Below, piece by piece: positions 35,518 to 48,328 of a stretch of DNA of 64,000 bases. The stretch spans positions 76,634,001 through 76,698,000 of the forward strand of contig NC_058368.1 in NCBI RefSeq assembly GCF_018350175.1, in the 5' to 3' direction. The notes under the pieces were generated by a model that ran no database searches, was not told where the DNA came from, and saw nothing but the letters and a program-made list of their open reading frames with translations. Position numbers and translations under genes: made by a program. The stretch is from Felis catus. Its lineage: Eukaryota. How positions within the stretch are numbered: the first letter of the stretch is position 1; each line of letters starts with the position of its first letter.

Positions 35518-35911
35518 TGTTATGGACTGAATTTTGTCCACTGCCTCCTCCCCCCAAATTCCTGTGTTGAAGTCCTAACCCTTAGGATCTCAGAATGTAA
35601 CTTATATTGAGAGACAGGGCCTTCAAAGAGATCATTAAGGTAAAATGAAGTCACATGGTGGGCCATAATCCAATATGACTGGTGTCCTTATAAGAAGAGA
35701 TTAGGACATGGAAACACACGCAAGGAAGTCCATGTGATAACACAGGAAGAAGATGGCCATGTACAAGCCAAGGACAGAAGTCTAAATAAATCAACCCTGC
35801 CGACAACTTGACCTCAGGCTTTTAGCCTCAAGAACTATGAGAAATGAATTTCTTCTTGTCAAGACCACCCAGTCTGTGGTATTTGTTACGTAGCCCTAGC
35901 AAACTAATAGA
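35518..35911 (+). mobile_element. Full-length MaLR solo LTR (MLT1A/B)
   Basis: tgttatggactgaat...atccaatatgactggtgtccttataagaaga...cagtctgtggtatttgttacgtagccctagcaaactaata. Confidence 0.93.
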
Positions 35912-36242
35912 TGCTCCCCCTTTCTTTCTCTCCATGGCTGAACTCCTTTGCTCCATCCAGCACTATGTCCTAAGTAACCTTTGGAAAGGGGAATTTTTGC
36001 AATTAGAGATGTATCTGATTGTATGGCTTAGGCATGATTTTGAAATGGAATTTAATCATCCAAAATGGTAACAAATAAGCATATGTAAACCCCAAATGAC
36101 CTGCCATTTACTTTATGTATTAGATACAACGTTTCCTGTTCAATTTAACCTACCTTTCCCAAAGCATTAGCAATGGAAAAACCAAAGCTGCATATCTAGT
36201 CTTCTTGACAGTACGGATGGAAGATTAGAAGTCATGGAGTAA

Positions 36243-36417
36243 GGGGGGTGCCTGGGTGGCTCAGTCGGTTAGGTGTCCACTTCCGCTCAGGTCGTGGTCT
36301 CATGGTTCATGAGTTTGAGCCCCACATCGGGCTCTGTGCTGACAGCTCAGAGCCTGGAGCCTGCTTTGAATTCTGTGTCTCCCTCTCTCTCTCTCTCTCT
36401 GCCCTTCCCCTGATCAT

Positions 36418-36465
<48 letters not shown>

Positions 36466-36500
36466 AAATTAATAAACATTAAAAAATTTTTAAAAAAAAG
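36243..36500 (+). mobile_element. Can-SINE with expanded (CT)n
   Basis: TSD agtcatggagta (36230-36241, 36502-36513). Confidence 0.97.
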
Positions 36501-37064
36501 GAGTCATGGAGTAGGAGAAAATGGAAGATGACAGAAGACAAGAAGAGAAAGGGCAGGTACAAAAACTGGGCAGACACTCAGGGCTGTGAGGTGTTGGAAA
36601 CAGACGTTTGTGTAGACTTCCAAACAATCTATCAGCTATTACAGAACTCAAACGATTTCTGTGACCTCACAGGGATCATAAATTAATGGTGTTGAAATAC
36701 TGAAACTTCAATCTTCAGTTTCTGAATTATTAGGACTAAATGAATAACTTCCAATGCAATATGTTTTAGTACTTTCTCGGGATAAATAAATCCGAGAAGC
36801 ATAAACATTCCTTTGACCTACCACACAGACCTCACTGTCACTCTTAGGTTCCAATCAGAGAATACCACATTAAAAAGATCCTGTACCACAATGACACATC
36901 AAAAGAGAGCCCATTACGGTATAATATCCTCAACAAAGATGCATTTGCTTGTCCAAACAGGGCAAGATTTTCCTTAATTTTAGTTCTCATGAGATGGTTT
37001 CCAAATGACTTCTCATATGTATGATTAAAAACAAAAACTAATTTGATATTGACCTTGGCCTGCA

Positions 37065-37343
37065 AACCTGCTCCCTGCCCCTCCTCTCTCAGTTCATGGC
37101 AACTCCATCCCTCCTGCTACCTTGGAATCATCCTTGACTACACAATTCCTCTCATACCTTGTCCTTGATCCAAAATGAAATTCTAGGGACACCTAGGTGG
37201 CTCAGTCAGTTAAGCGTCCAACTATTGATTTTGGCTCCAGTCATGATCTCATGGTCATGAGATCCAGCTCTGCATCAGGATCCATGCTGAGCATGGAAGC
37301 TGTTTAAGATTCTCTCTCTCCCTCTGCCCCTCTCCTTCTCTCA

Positions 37344-37375
<32 letters not shown>

Positions 37376-37462
37376 AAAGAAAAGAAAAAACAATACAGGA
37401 AAAGAAAAGGAAAGGAAAGGAAAGAAGAAAAGAAAAGAAAAGAAAAGAAAAGAAAAGAAAAG

Positions 37463-37495
<33 letters not shown>

Positions 37496-38378
37496 GAAAA
37501 AAAGAAAAAAGAAAAAAGAAAAAAGAAAAGCAGAATGAAATTCTGTTGGCTTCACCTTCAAAATACAGCCAAATGTGACCACTTCTCTTTACCTTCACTG
37601 CTACAGTCCTTGGATACCAGAGTCTCTAATCAAAATTATTGCATTGGTCTCCCAACACCATGTCTCCTTGTTTCCAACCATTGTCTCCTAACAATCTGTT
37701 CTCCATGCAGCAGCCAGAACGTCCTTTAAGACATGAATCAGGTCATGGGACTCCTCCACCATTGAGTGGTTCCCCAGTAGTTTCATCCAGTGAACTCCAA
37801 ATCCTCTCTCATGACCTCAAGGCACCCCCCCAATCAAGCCCCCTGTCACATCTCTGTAAGTCTCCCCCCCACTCACCCACTCTATTCCATCAGCCAACTT
37901 GTTATTCCTAAAATGGTCAGTCTCACTTCTACCTCAAAGCCTTCCTATTACCTGTCTCCTTTGCCTAGAATCATCTCCTCCCCACCCCCAAATCTGCATA
38001 AATAGTTTCTCTACCTCCTACAAGTCTTAGCTTAAATGACACTTTCCCAGTGGGCTCCCACCCATCTCTCCTGTTTAATAATACAACCGTGCACCATGTG
38101 TTCTCGTCACCTTTGCTTTTTCTCTTGTAGCACTTAACAACTCCTAACATGCTAGATAAGTCCTAACATACTATTTAGAAATCACATGTTATGGAGAAAT
38201 AACGATCGCTAATACACTATGTGCTTTACTTATTTATTACATTTACAGTCTGGCTTCACCCACGACAGTGTGAGTTCCACAAAGGTAGGGATTTTGGTGT
38301 GTTTTATTTGCCGGCATGTCCCCAGGGTGCAAAACAGTACCTCCACATAAAAGAAGCTAAACCCAAAATTGGTGAGTT
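37065..38378 (+). mobile_element. L2 3' region, interrupted by a Can-SINE
   Basis: atggcaactccatc...ccttggaatcatccttgact...cttcaaaatacagcc...tgtgagttccacaaaggtagggattttg. Confidence 0.8.
37185..37533 (+). mobile_element. Can-SINE with (GAAA)n/(GAAAA)n tail
   Basis: TSD aatgaaattct (37174-37184, 37534-37544). Confidence 0.95.
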
Positions 38379-39881
38379 TGTTAAATCTTCCTACAAATCT
38401 CTCAAGCTCAGCCTTTCTGTGTAACAGAAGCTTCTGCAGAATAGGAATCAAATATTTTGTTTATTTGCTTCCTTTCCATAGTGCTTTCTGAACAATAGGA
38501 AACTCCAAACAGCCAAGCACATCAATGGAAACTCCAACACCCATTCAATTACTCAGATGTTTGGTCTGTCTCAAGCAAAAGTGACATAAAATGTGATTTT
38601 TCAGAAAGAGTAGGATCCTGGGCAAAAATTTATCCTCTCCTCCATGTAAGGTCTTTGCTTCTTCTCCAAATACTCAAAATCTTTATATTTCTATCTGGCT
38701 ATATAGAGGCCGACCCATTGTACTTCACAGGTAACTCAACTACTTCCAGGTAACTCAACTTTCAGCAAGACCCGCCCCTCAACCAATTGCTTTTGTGCTC
38801 AGGGCAATTGCTCTCAGTATGGTGTTTTGGAGGAACGCAGCCTTTTTAAGAGTAGCTATTTTAAGATGTAAATGATTCATAAGTTTAACCCTTTCTAGAA
38901 CCACTGCATTTTAAAAAGAAAATTTATGAATCCCATGGAACGTCTGCTTTTGTGAGGCACAAGGAGCAAGCTTCTGATGTTCCTACGCATGGTCCTGTCT
39001 GGTATGCAGAAGAAGTCTCTCTCACACAGCACCTGTCCCCACAAGACTATAAGGCTCTGAAAAACATGGTTAAACTGCTAGCTTCTTGGAAGTTTACTTC
39101 CTCTTTGACGCCATGGCTGAACAGGATCACAACAAAGAGAAGAACAGTTCATGATGGTCATTGAGCTTATTTTGAGGATGTTTGCATTCATGGTCAAAAC
39201 ACCTTGACAAAGTCAATGGATATATTCTTTCAGTCTGGTGTTCAGTTTACATTTAAGTATCAGAGAGGAGAGACAATGGGAAGGAAAAACAGGTCTGAAA
39301 AAAAATATGGTGCGTAGTGTTGTATTAGCTTCATGGATTGGGCTGAATTGTTAAATCATTCCCCCTAATCCCTATTGCAATGACATAGCATATAAACGAA
39401 ACCAAAGCACATTTGTGTGCCTCATGCTTTTAGAAGTTTTACAAGCATTTCTTATTGGCATGATTCTGTTGCATTCTAAACAGCTCTTCAACCTACATGT
39501 GCTTTAAAGGTCAAAGGAAATGTCTTATGATGCTAAATAATATTTTAACAACATTATGTGTGTATTAATTAAATACAGAAAATGCAAACGGATCATTCGT
39601 CTCTCCAACAACTTTTATCAGTAGGCAAATTACTAGTCTAGCTGGTTAGTCAGTGTCGTTGGGATGGTTAAAAATATTTTTCCACTGTTATCGTTAGGAC
39701 CTTCTTGATTTGATTTATTACAATTGTTTATTTCTTGCTTGTAATTAAAAAGTACATATTTTCCCCTATGCTGTGTGACAAAAGCAAACAACAAATCCAG
39801 AGTTGAATTTGTAGTCATTGGGACTTTTGTTTTTAGAGACTGGTAGAGTTCCTTTAAAATAAAGCACTATATAAACACAGG

Positions 39882-39921
39882 GTTTTGTTTTGTTTTGTTT
39901 TGTTTTGTTTTGTTTTGTTTT
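39882..39921. repeat. (GTTTT)8 microsatellite
   Basis: Read directly. Confidence 0.97.
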
Positions 39922-40345
39922 AACTGTACAGAAAGACTTATGTAATATTTTGGTGAAATAGCATATAGAGTGCCCACAAAAACAGACATTGTAGATAAAC
40001 TGACATAGGCTCATAAGACTGGATTAGCAACAGGCAGGAGATAATAGAAGGAAAGGCTTATAAACTGGAAGACAGATGAATAAAAGTTATCTAATTAGAA
40101 AAAGAGAAGAAACGGGTGAAGAAAAAAGTAAATGGAGCCTCAATGACATATTCCATAATATCAAGCAGTGTAACACACACATAATTGATTCCCAAACAGG
40201 AAGGGAAGATAGAATGAGGAAGGAAAAATGTCTGGTGAATTAATGGCAAAATTTCCCAAAGTTAGTGGAAAACATCAATTTTTAGATCCAAGAATTTATA
40301 TAGATCCGTGAACTCCAAGCACAACAAACACAAAGAAATCCATGC

Positions 40346-40752
40346 TGTATTAGTTTGCTAAGGCTGACATAAGGAGATGTCACTACTGGGAAGCTTAAGC
40401 AACAGACATTTATTTTCTCACTGTTCTGGAGGCCAGAAGTCCATGATCAAGGTGTCTGCAGGTTTTGTTGCTTCTGAGGCCTGTAGTTTGGCTTGTGGAT
40501 GGCCACCTTCTTGCTGTGTCCTTGGATGGTCTTCTCTCTGTGCTTGTGCATGTCTGCTGTCTCTCCGTGAGTCCAAATTTCCTCTCCTTGGATGGACACC
40601 ACTCAAATTGGATTAGAACCCATCCTGATAGCCTTATTTTAACTTAATGACCTTTTGAAATGCCCTAGCTCCAAATATAGTCACCTTCTGAGGTACTAGA
40701 GGTGAGGGCTTCAATCCAGGAATTTGGGGACAACACCACTCAGCCCATAACA
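40346..40752 (-). mobile_element. MaLR solo LTR (MLT1A-like) nested in L1
   Basis: tgtattagtttgctaaggctg...ttctggaggccagaagtccatgatcaaggtgtc...cagcccataaca. Confidence 0.92.
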
Positions 40753-41451
40753 CACACCTAATCATATTACAGTTAAAATGCTGAACACCAAAGACAGAAA
40801 GAAAATGCCAAAAGCACTCAGAGAAAAGACAAATATCTCACACAAGCACAGTGATAGAAATGGCAGCTGACTTCTTATTTAGAAGAAAAAAAGAAACAAA
40901 GGAAGCCGTGGATAATGAAATAGCATCTTCAAAGAACTATGTGGGAAATTATCAACTCAGAATTTTATACCCTGCAAAAATATCCTTTAAAATGAAGATA
41001 AAATCAACACATTTTCAGATAAAGAATCTGAAAAAAATTCTCACCAGCACACCAGAATTGCTCAAGGAAGTTCTCCAGCCAGAGGAAAGAGTCAGGTGTT
41101 CACAAAAGACTGAAGAGTACCAAAAATGCTAAATATTTGGGTCAATATAAAAGACCACTTTTTTTCTCTTCTATGCTTCTAAAGACAACCGGGTGTTAAG
41201 AACAAAAATGTTAACCATATCGAGAGATTTTTTAAATGTATTTGAATGTAAATATATGCCAACAAGAGGTCAAAGAACTAAGGAGTAAATGAAATTCTGT
41301 AGTTGTAAGATTTTTACTTTTTTTTTAGTAAAATGTGACAATATTAACTCTAAATTAAGGGTGAATATTATAATTCCCAGAACAATGTTACATTATTAAA
41401 TGCTATTTAAAAATAACATAAAGAGAGATTAAACATCAAGAGAGAAATTAA

Positions 41452-41661
41452 GGGACGCCTGGGTGGCTCAGTCAGTTGAGCAACCGACTTCGGCTCAGGT
41501 TACGATCTCACAGCTCGTGGGTGCAAGCCCTGAGTCGGGCTCTGTGCTGACAGCTCAGAGCCTGGAGCCTGCTTCGGATTCTGTGTGTGTGTCTCTCTCT
41601 GCCCCTAGCCCACTCACATTCTGTCTCTGTCTCTCTCAAAAATAAATAAACATTAAAAAAA
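41452..41661 (+). mobile_element. Can-SINE nested in L1
   Basis: Full length; TSD agagaaattaa. Confidence 0.96.
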
Positions 41662-42094
41662 AGAGAGAAAGAGAAATTAACAATGCATGCTAAAAATGTT
41701 TAATTGACCCATAAAAAGATGAGAAGGAAAAAACGAGAGGCCAAAAACAGATAGGAAAATTAGAAAGTAAATCACAACATAGACATAAACTGAACTGTAT
41801 AAATAATTACATTAAATGTAAATTAACTAAACTGTCCAACTGAGTCAGAAATTCCCAGACTGGAGGGGGGTGGGGTGAGTAAGAACCCACTACAGGCTGC
41901 CTGCATATGCACCATGATATAAAGATGTAGGTTAAAAGTAAAATGACAGAAAAAATATATCATGCAAACACTATGCCTAGAAAGTTGGTGTGAAGGAAGA
42001 ATTGAAGTCCTTTTGCTCTATATATTTATGAAGTTTTCTCCAGTCTTAGTTTTTGGGTGGAAAAACCTTTCCTTTCCCATGTCTTTGTGGTTGC

Positions 42095-42640
42095 CTATGA
42101 AGGAGAGAGACTGGTGGGGAAATTTCTAGGGGGAAGGGAATTTCTATATCGTGACCGGGTGTTGGTTAGGAGTGTGAATAGATTTGTCAAAACTTGTCAA
42201 ATCACACACTGAAGATTTGTACATTTCACTGCCTGTAAAGTGATTCCTCAGTTAAGAAAGAAGCCTGGAAGGCATATCCACTAATTACAATGCATAGACT
42301 TGGCTTGGATCCTGATAGAAACTTTGAAAACCTGAAACCTGATGTATATATAAGAACGGTGGAAGGAAGCCTCACATATCGGATGACATTAGGAAATCTT
42401 TACATTAGCTGAGTCACAGGATTTTGGTTTTGGTTTTGTGTTTTGGAGTCCTTATCTTTTAGAGAAACATTTTGAATATTTAATGTTGATGTGATCTAAT
42501 ATCTGAGATTGGATTCTAATAATTACAAGAGTTTGTTGTTCAAGAGACTGTTGAAGAGGCGATGATTACTGGGATTGGGAGATGACTGTACTCGGGTAGC
42601 CTTATTTCAAGAATTCACCATAATAAAAACATTTAAAAAG
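42095..42640 (+). mobile_element. Old L1 3'-UTR fragments (L1MB/MC/ME-like)
   Basis: atttgtcaaaact...tgtacatttcactg; ttggatcctga...gagtccttatcttttagaga. Confidence 0.65.
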
Positions 42641-43020
42641 AACAAATAAAAAACCTCTCCCTCTAGACATTTTTCTTTTCCTGGCTAAAAGAGTTTTTTT
42701 ATCTGTTCTCCCATTTATACTTTGACAAACTGCTTCTCTTGCTTTAAACTCAATCTCACACGTCACCTTTGTGAATCATCTGTTCTGTCTCGTCCCCATT
42801 CTTTCTCAAGCATTAGAAGTGACTGTTGCTGAGTGGTTTTCATTACTCCACATTGATGGGACCATGTCTTCCTTCAAACCAGCATTTTCTTCAAAGTGAG
42901 GGAATAACAAATCCAAAGAGATTCTTGAGTCCAGAGAAAAAAGCTGAGTGAATTTTAATGTTAAAGAATTCCCACATGCCTCATCAAGCAAAATCTTCTT
43001 TTAATATGAAGTGTTATTTA

Positions 43021-43237
43021 GGGGCAACTGCGTGGTTGTTGGTTAAGTGTCCGACTCTTGATTTTGGCTCACGTCATGATCTCACCATTGGTGAGTTCGA
43101 GCCCCGTGTCGGGCTCTGCGCTGGTAGTGCAGACCGTCAGGATTCTGTGTCCCTCTCTCTCTCTCTCTCCATCTCTCTGTGTCTCTCCCCCACACACTCT
43201 CTCTCTCTCTCTTTCTCAAAATAAATAAACTTTTAAA
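43021..43237 (+). mobile_element. Can-SINE
   Basis: Degenerate TSD aagtgttattta / aagtatcattta. Confidence 0.95.
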
Positions 43238-43304
43238 AAGTATCATTTATATGGTTGATTGCAACAGTGTTTAAGAACTAATCCACAAGATTCAGAGTTA
43301 TATT

Positions 43305-43523
43305 GAATTTTTTTAATATTTTTTTTTGAGAGAGAGAAAGAGAGAGACAGAGACAGAGCATGAGTGGGAGAGGGGCAGAGAGCGATGGTGACAGAATCCG
43401 AAACAGGCTCCAGGCTCTGAGCTGTCAGCACAGAGCTCCACGCGGGGCTTGAATTCATGAACTGTGAGATCATGACCGGAGCTGAAGTCAAACACTGAAC
43501 CGACTGAGCCACCCAGGTGCCCC
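43305..43523 (-). mobile_element. Can-SINE
   Basis: TSD aga(t/c)tcagagttatatt. Confidence 0.97.
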
Positions 43524-43899
43524 TAGACTCAGAGTTATATTTACCTGGGAGTCAACAAATTTCAACAAGTTGCCACATATTACGGAACAGATGTACACAT
43601 GCACACTCAGGATCACACACACAGGGGTTAATCAGTGCTAACAGTGTGGATCATGGGATTACATAGGACTTTTAATGTCTTCTTCGCATCTTTTCTGTTT
43701 GCAAGTATTACTAACTCCTTTTATAATCTGAAGACTGAATAAGATTCTTTTTTAAAATTAGATGGTTGATTATCTTTTAATCAGATGATGATGCAAATAA
43801 GGGACCATTCATTAGACTCAAGATAGAGAAAAGATTGAAATAAAGTTAAGGACAGTTAATTCCAAAGTAATGATCAACCCAATCATTAATGTTGGGACA

Positions 43900-44660
43900 A
43901 CTGTCGTTATGTATCTCCTATATGACAGTGTCACCTATGAAAATCTCTCACAAAAATGTTTAATCTGAGTGAAATCCAACATTTCAACTTAATTCCAATC
44001 GATAGAAGATGCAGTGGGTAGAAAATCAAGTTAAATAGCACCATGAGGAATCAGTCACACAAATCCAGAAGGCCAGATATTCTACAGGAAAACTATCCAG
44101 AAGTCATCAACATAACAATGTCAAGGGGAAAGACTAGGAGTGAAGAGATTCACCTAAATGGAGTATAGAAACCTTGACTGTAAAACTGTAAAAGAGATCT
44201 TGAGGACAAATTCAGGACAAGTGTTTATGGATTAGATATTGGATGCTATAAAAAAACAAAAAGAAAAAAAAATTAGCAATGGGGCACCTGGGTGGCTCAG
44301 TCTGTTAAGCGGTTAAGCGTCCGACTTCTGCTCAGGTCATGATCTCAGTTTGTGGGTTCAAGCCCGGCATCGGGCTCTGTGCTGACAGCTCAGAGCCTGG
44401 AGCCTGCTTTGGATTCTGTGTCTCCCTCTCTCTCAGCCGCTGCCTCGCTCGCACTCTGTCTCTCGAAAGTGAATAAATGTTTAAAAAAACTTTTTAAAAA
44501 GAAATTAGCATTAATTTTGTGAGGTAACTTCAAGGAATTGTGACTATATAGGTATATGTTCTTGTTTCTCTGCAATGCGGCCTGAAATATTCAAGGGCAA
44601 ATGTCACATCGTCAATAACTTAATGTATATAGCAAAAACAGTGGGGCAAAAAATAAATAT
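43900..44660 (+). mobile_element. L1MC/ME-like 3' fragment, interrupted by a SINE
   Basis: tcacctatga...aaaaatgtttaatctga...atgaggaatcagtcacacaaatccagaa...atattctacagga. Confidence 0.6.
44281..44500 (+). mobile_element. Can-SINE
   Basis: TSD aaattagca; 8-bp duplication gttaagcg in the head. Confidence 0.96.
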
Positions 44661-45130
44661 AGGGAATGTATTCCGGTAGGCTGGAAAATGGCCAGTCGCC
44701 CAAAATATGTGTCCACATTCCAAACCCTGGAACCTGTGACTGTTGCCTTATTTGCCCCCAAAAGGCAGGGCCATTGAGGATGTGATGGTATAAAGGATTT
44801 TGACCTGGGGACACTATCCCGGATTATCCCGGTCAGCCCTAAATGCAATCGCACATATCCTCATGGAAGGGGAGCAGCGGGAAATTTGAATGTCACAAGA
44901 ACAAAAGCACTGTGGAGATGGAGCACAGTGACATTTGAAGACGCTGACCTTGAAGACCGCGATGATGTGGCCACAAGCCAAGGAATACCAGCAGCTACCA
45001 AAACCTGAAAGGAGCTAGAACAAATTCTCTCTCGAGTCCCCTGGCCATGCCTAGATTTCAAGCAAGTGATACTGATTTTAGACTTCTGACTTCTAAGAGA
45101 AGAAATTCACAAGGGAGAGAAGAAATTTCT

Positions 45131-45357
45131 TTTTTTTTTTTTCCCAATGTTTATTTATTTATTTTGAGAGAGAGAGAGAGACAGTACCCAAGCACAGGCG
45201 CAAGCAAGGGAGGGGCAGAGGTGGGGAAGGAGAATCCAAGCAGCCTCCATGCTGTCCGCGAGAGCCGATGGTGGGGCTTGATGTCAAGATCCAGTGAGAT
45301 CATCACCTGAGCCAGAATCAACAGTTGGATGCTTAACTCACTGAGCCACACAGGCAA
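45131..45357 (-). mobile_element. Can-SINE (older)
   Basis: Antisense head gcttaactcactgagccacacaggca, T tail. Confidence 0.92.
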
Positions 45358-45371
45358 TCACATTTCTGTTT

Positions 45372-45586
45372 TGTTTTTTTAACATTTATTTATTTTTGAG
45401 AGACAGAGAGAGACAGAGCGTGAGTGGGGGGAGGGGCAGAGAGAGAGGGAGACACAGAATCCGAAGCAGGCTCCAGGCTCTGAGCTGTCAGCACAGAGCC
45501 CTACACGGGGCTCGAACTCGCAGACCGTGTGATCATGACCTGAGCCAAAGCCGGACGCCCAACCGACTGAGCCACCCAGGCGCCCC
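45372..45586 (-). mobile_element. Can-SINE
   Basis: Full length antisense copy. Confidence 0.96.
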
Positions 45587-45755
45587 TTGTGTTGTTTTTA
45601 AGTTGCCATGTTTGTGGTAGTTGGTTAAGGGAGTCCGAACTAGCACATGTGTTCCTGGGAATTCACTAGGATTTTATCTCTTTCTGAATGCTTGAAATTC
45701 TTCACCAGAAAAAATTTTAGGCCTGTACATGTTTTGGTTTTAAGCTCGAATTATA

Positions 45756-45970
45756 GGAGCACCTGGGTGGCTCAGTCGGTTAAGCGTCCGACTTTTGTTC
45801 GGGTCATGGTCTCATGGTTCATGAGTTTGAGTCCCGAGACGGGCTCTGTGCTGACAGCTCAGAGCCTGAAACCTGTTTTGGATCCTGTGTTTCCCTCTCT
45901 CTCTGCCCCTCCCCTGCTCACGCTCTGTCTCTGTCTCTCTCAAAAATAAATAAACATTAAAAAAAAAAAA
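45756..45970 (+). mobile_element. Can-SINE
   Basis: TSD aag(c/a)tcgaatt(a/g)ta. Confidence 0.96.
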
Positions 45971-46093
45971 AGATCGAATTGTAGTTGTTTTAAGGAAAAA
46001 TGATATTACTTAAAACTCCTTCAAAGAGCAGATAATGCATACACCAAAACACACAAAGTTTAAAGCCATATCTTTTTCTCCTTCCTTATTTTT

Positions 46094-46313
46094 TTTTTAA
46101 TTTTTTTTCAACATTTTTATTTATTTTTGGGACAGAGAGAGACAGAGCATGAACGGGGGAGGGGCAGAGAGAGAGGGAGACACAGAATCAGAAACAGGCT
46201 CCAGGCTCTGAGCCATCAGCCCAGAGCCTGACGCGGGGCTCGAACTCCCGGACTGAGAGATCGTGACCTGGCTGAAGTCGGACGCTTAACCGACTGCGCC
46301 ACCCAGGCGCCCC
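46094..46313 (-). mobile_element. Can-SINE, young feline subfamily
   Basis: Perfect 17-bp TSD tctccttccttattttt (46077-46093, 46314-46330). Confidence 0.98.
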
Positions 46314-48328
46314 TCTCCTTCCTTATTTTTAAAACCTCCTTCTCATTTGACAATTACTAAATTACTTCATGCGGCAAGATGGTGAGCCATGTACTATATC
46401 ATGGCAGTAAAATATGTAGGAGCCAATCTTTCAAGAACCAATTACACCCAAGTGATACGAAAAATGGCATTTGTAGGCTTTCTGACTTTTTTTTTTTTTA
46501 ATATTGTGGATTCCAAGTCATCCCTAATTTGTAAACTGTATTTCTTTTTGTGAATTTCCTCTCCTCCAAAAATTATAACATAAGTTATCCAAATTTACCG
46601 CCATAATCAGAGTGCATTTTGGCAAAGAAAGATATTGGCATGAAATAAAGATGGCGGTTTGGGAAAGTGTGGAAACCCCGAGTGATCTGTCATATTTTGT
46701 ATGAGCTCTCCCACCCCCTCCTCCAACACAAGACCGCTTGGCTTGGAATTTACTAACCTAGCACGAGCAGATGAACTGTTATATCATCACACGCTAAAGG
46801 AAGACAGAAGAGAATATGTCTAATTTATAATGATTTTTCAAATTAATTTCTTTTTTTTTAATGGCACTGGATTTCGCGATGTCGATATACTCGTAAAGGG
46901 TTGGCACAGATGGGCCAAAGGGATCCAATAGAAATGTGGCAGCAGCTTGAAAAGAAAAATTATCCACTCGCCCATTTCCAAGCCAACTTTTTTTTTCCCC
47001 CTCAGAAAGAGCACATATTTTAATCTGTTTGTGTACGAAATAGAATCATAGGTAGGGAATTGGGAATGAAGAGAGCTAGAAGCGGGGTGAAGTTGTGGAA
47101 ATATTTAAAGACAGTGGATAATCCAAAATGTAATTGAATTTGGAATGCAAATTTCCTTTTGCATTTTAACGCACATGTGTCTGACGTCCTTGTAATTCGC
47201 AACACTCAAACGGAATTGCACATCCACATTTCAAGGACAACGGAGTCTCGAGGAGCTGGGAAAATGCCCACCTTTTCCCGCTTTCTTGTAGATCGCCCTT
47301 CCCTTCCCTTCACAGTTTATGCAGAAAGGGCGAACGCATGTATCGGGTGCACGAGACATGCTAGCTGCCAAGGGAACGCCCTGTCCCTTGAAGATGACAA
47401 TCCCAGACCCTCCCTCTCTAGGTGGGTAGAGAGGGTAGAGAGCACGTATGGTTAAACAGTTTGACTGAATCTGTGCCGGAGCGCTGCTCGACTTGACGTG
47501 CAGTGTACTTAGGGACCAGTCCTATGCCAATCAAACTATAAACACACGTCAAACCGTAGAGTGGACCTGTGTATGACGACTGTCAACATTTCTAAATCAT
47601 CTTGGAACTGCCTTGTGCAAGGAGAGTATTGTGAATTGGCGGAAGCAAAACCTTCAAGTTCAATTCAATTCTGCTGCCAGGTCTGAACATTTTGGGTAAA
47701 GAGTCCCAGTCTGGTATCATCTGGAAGTCAAAGAAGCCCCAGGAAGCACACAATGCAATTCTACCAAGTAGCACAAAGAGGGAGACGTGTGTTTATGAAG
47801 GGGAGCGCACGATACTGCAAGGACAGCAATTCTCCACCAAGTAGCATTTGGGTGAAGTGTGATTATAATCCAAGTTTTAAAACAATCTTTTAAGAAGTCC
47901 GTAAAACCCTTCCAAAGTTTATTTGGAAGGACGGGTTTTCAAATAACGAGAACAATTCAGAGGAATGAAGAGAACAGCCCGTTTCCAAATAATAATTACA
48001 AAGGGAGAGTGAGGATGCAGAGAAATAGCGGTGAAAGAAAACGGAGTCTGGACAAGAGCGCAGGATGTGTGGGCGCAGCACGCGGTAAAGAGGCAGCTGA
48101 ATGTGAGCACGTTCAGTTGTCACCCACGGGGTTGGCAAAGATCACCACCCATAAGATGAATGAACACACCTGTGTCTCTACCTCTCCTTCCAAGACCAGA
48201 GTAAAATCCAGGTGGAGCAAATGCTTAAAGGTGAAACATTAAGATAATGGAAGAAAAGAAGTCTAAATATTTTCATAATTATGGCACCGTAAATGTCTTC
48301 TAGCCCAATGCAAAGTCTATAAAGTAAC

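Larger units (their letters stand above)
40010..41992 (+). mobile_element. Old L1 ORF1 / inter-ORF / ORF2 start remnant
   Basis: ORF 40851-41132 contains QLRILYPAKISF (compare L1 ORF1p QPRILYPAKLSF); ataattacattaaatgtaaat at about 41803 encodes the ITLNVN endonuclease start; frameshifted. Confidence 0.88.
44676..45645 (+). mobile_element. MaLR LTR (MLT1D-like), interrupted by two Can-SINEs
   Basis: ccctggaacctgtga...tatcccggattatcccgg...ccctaaatgcaatc...gccacaagccaaggaat...; resumes tgtgttgtttttaagttgccatgtttgtggta. Confidence 0.85.

Noticed and set aside
40851..41132. ORF with an L1 ORF1p motif as a possible functional or domesticated gene
   Set aside because: Short fragment of a frameshifted L1 interrupted by an LTR and a SINE.
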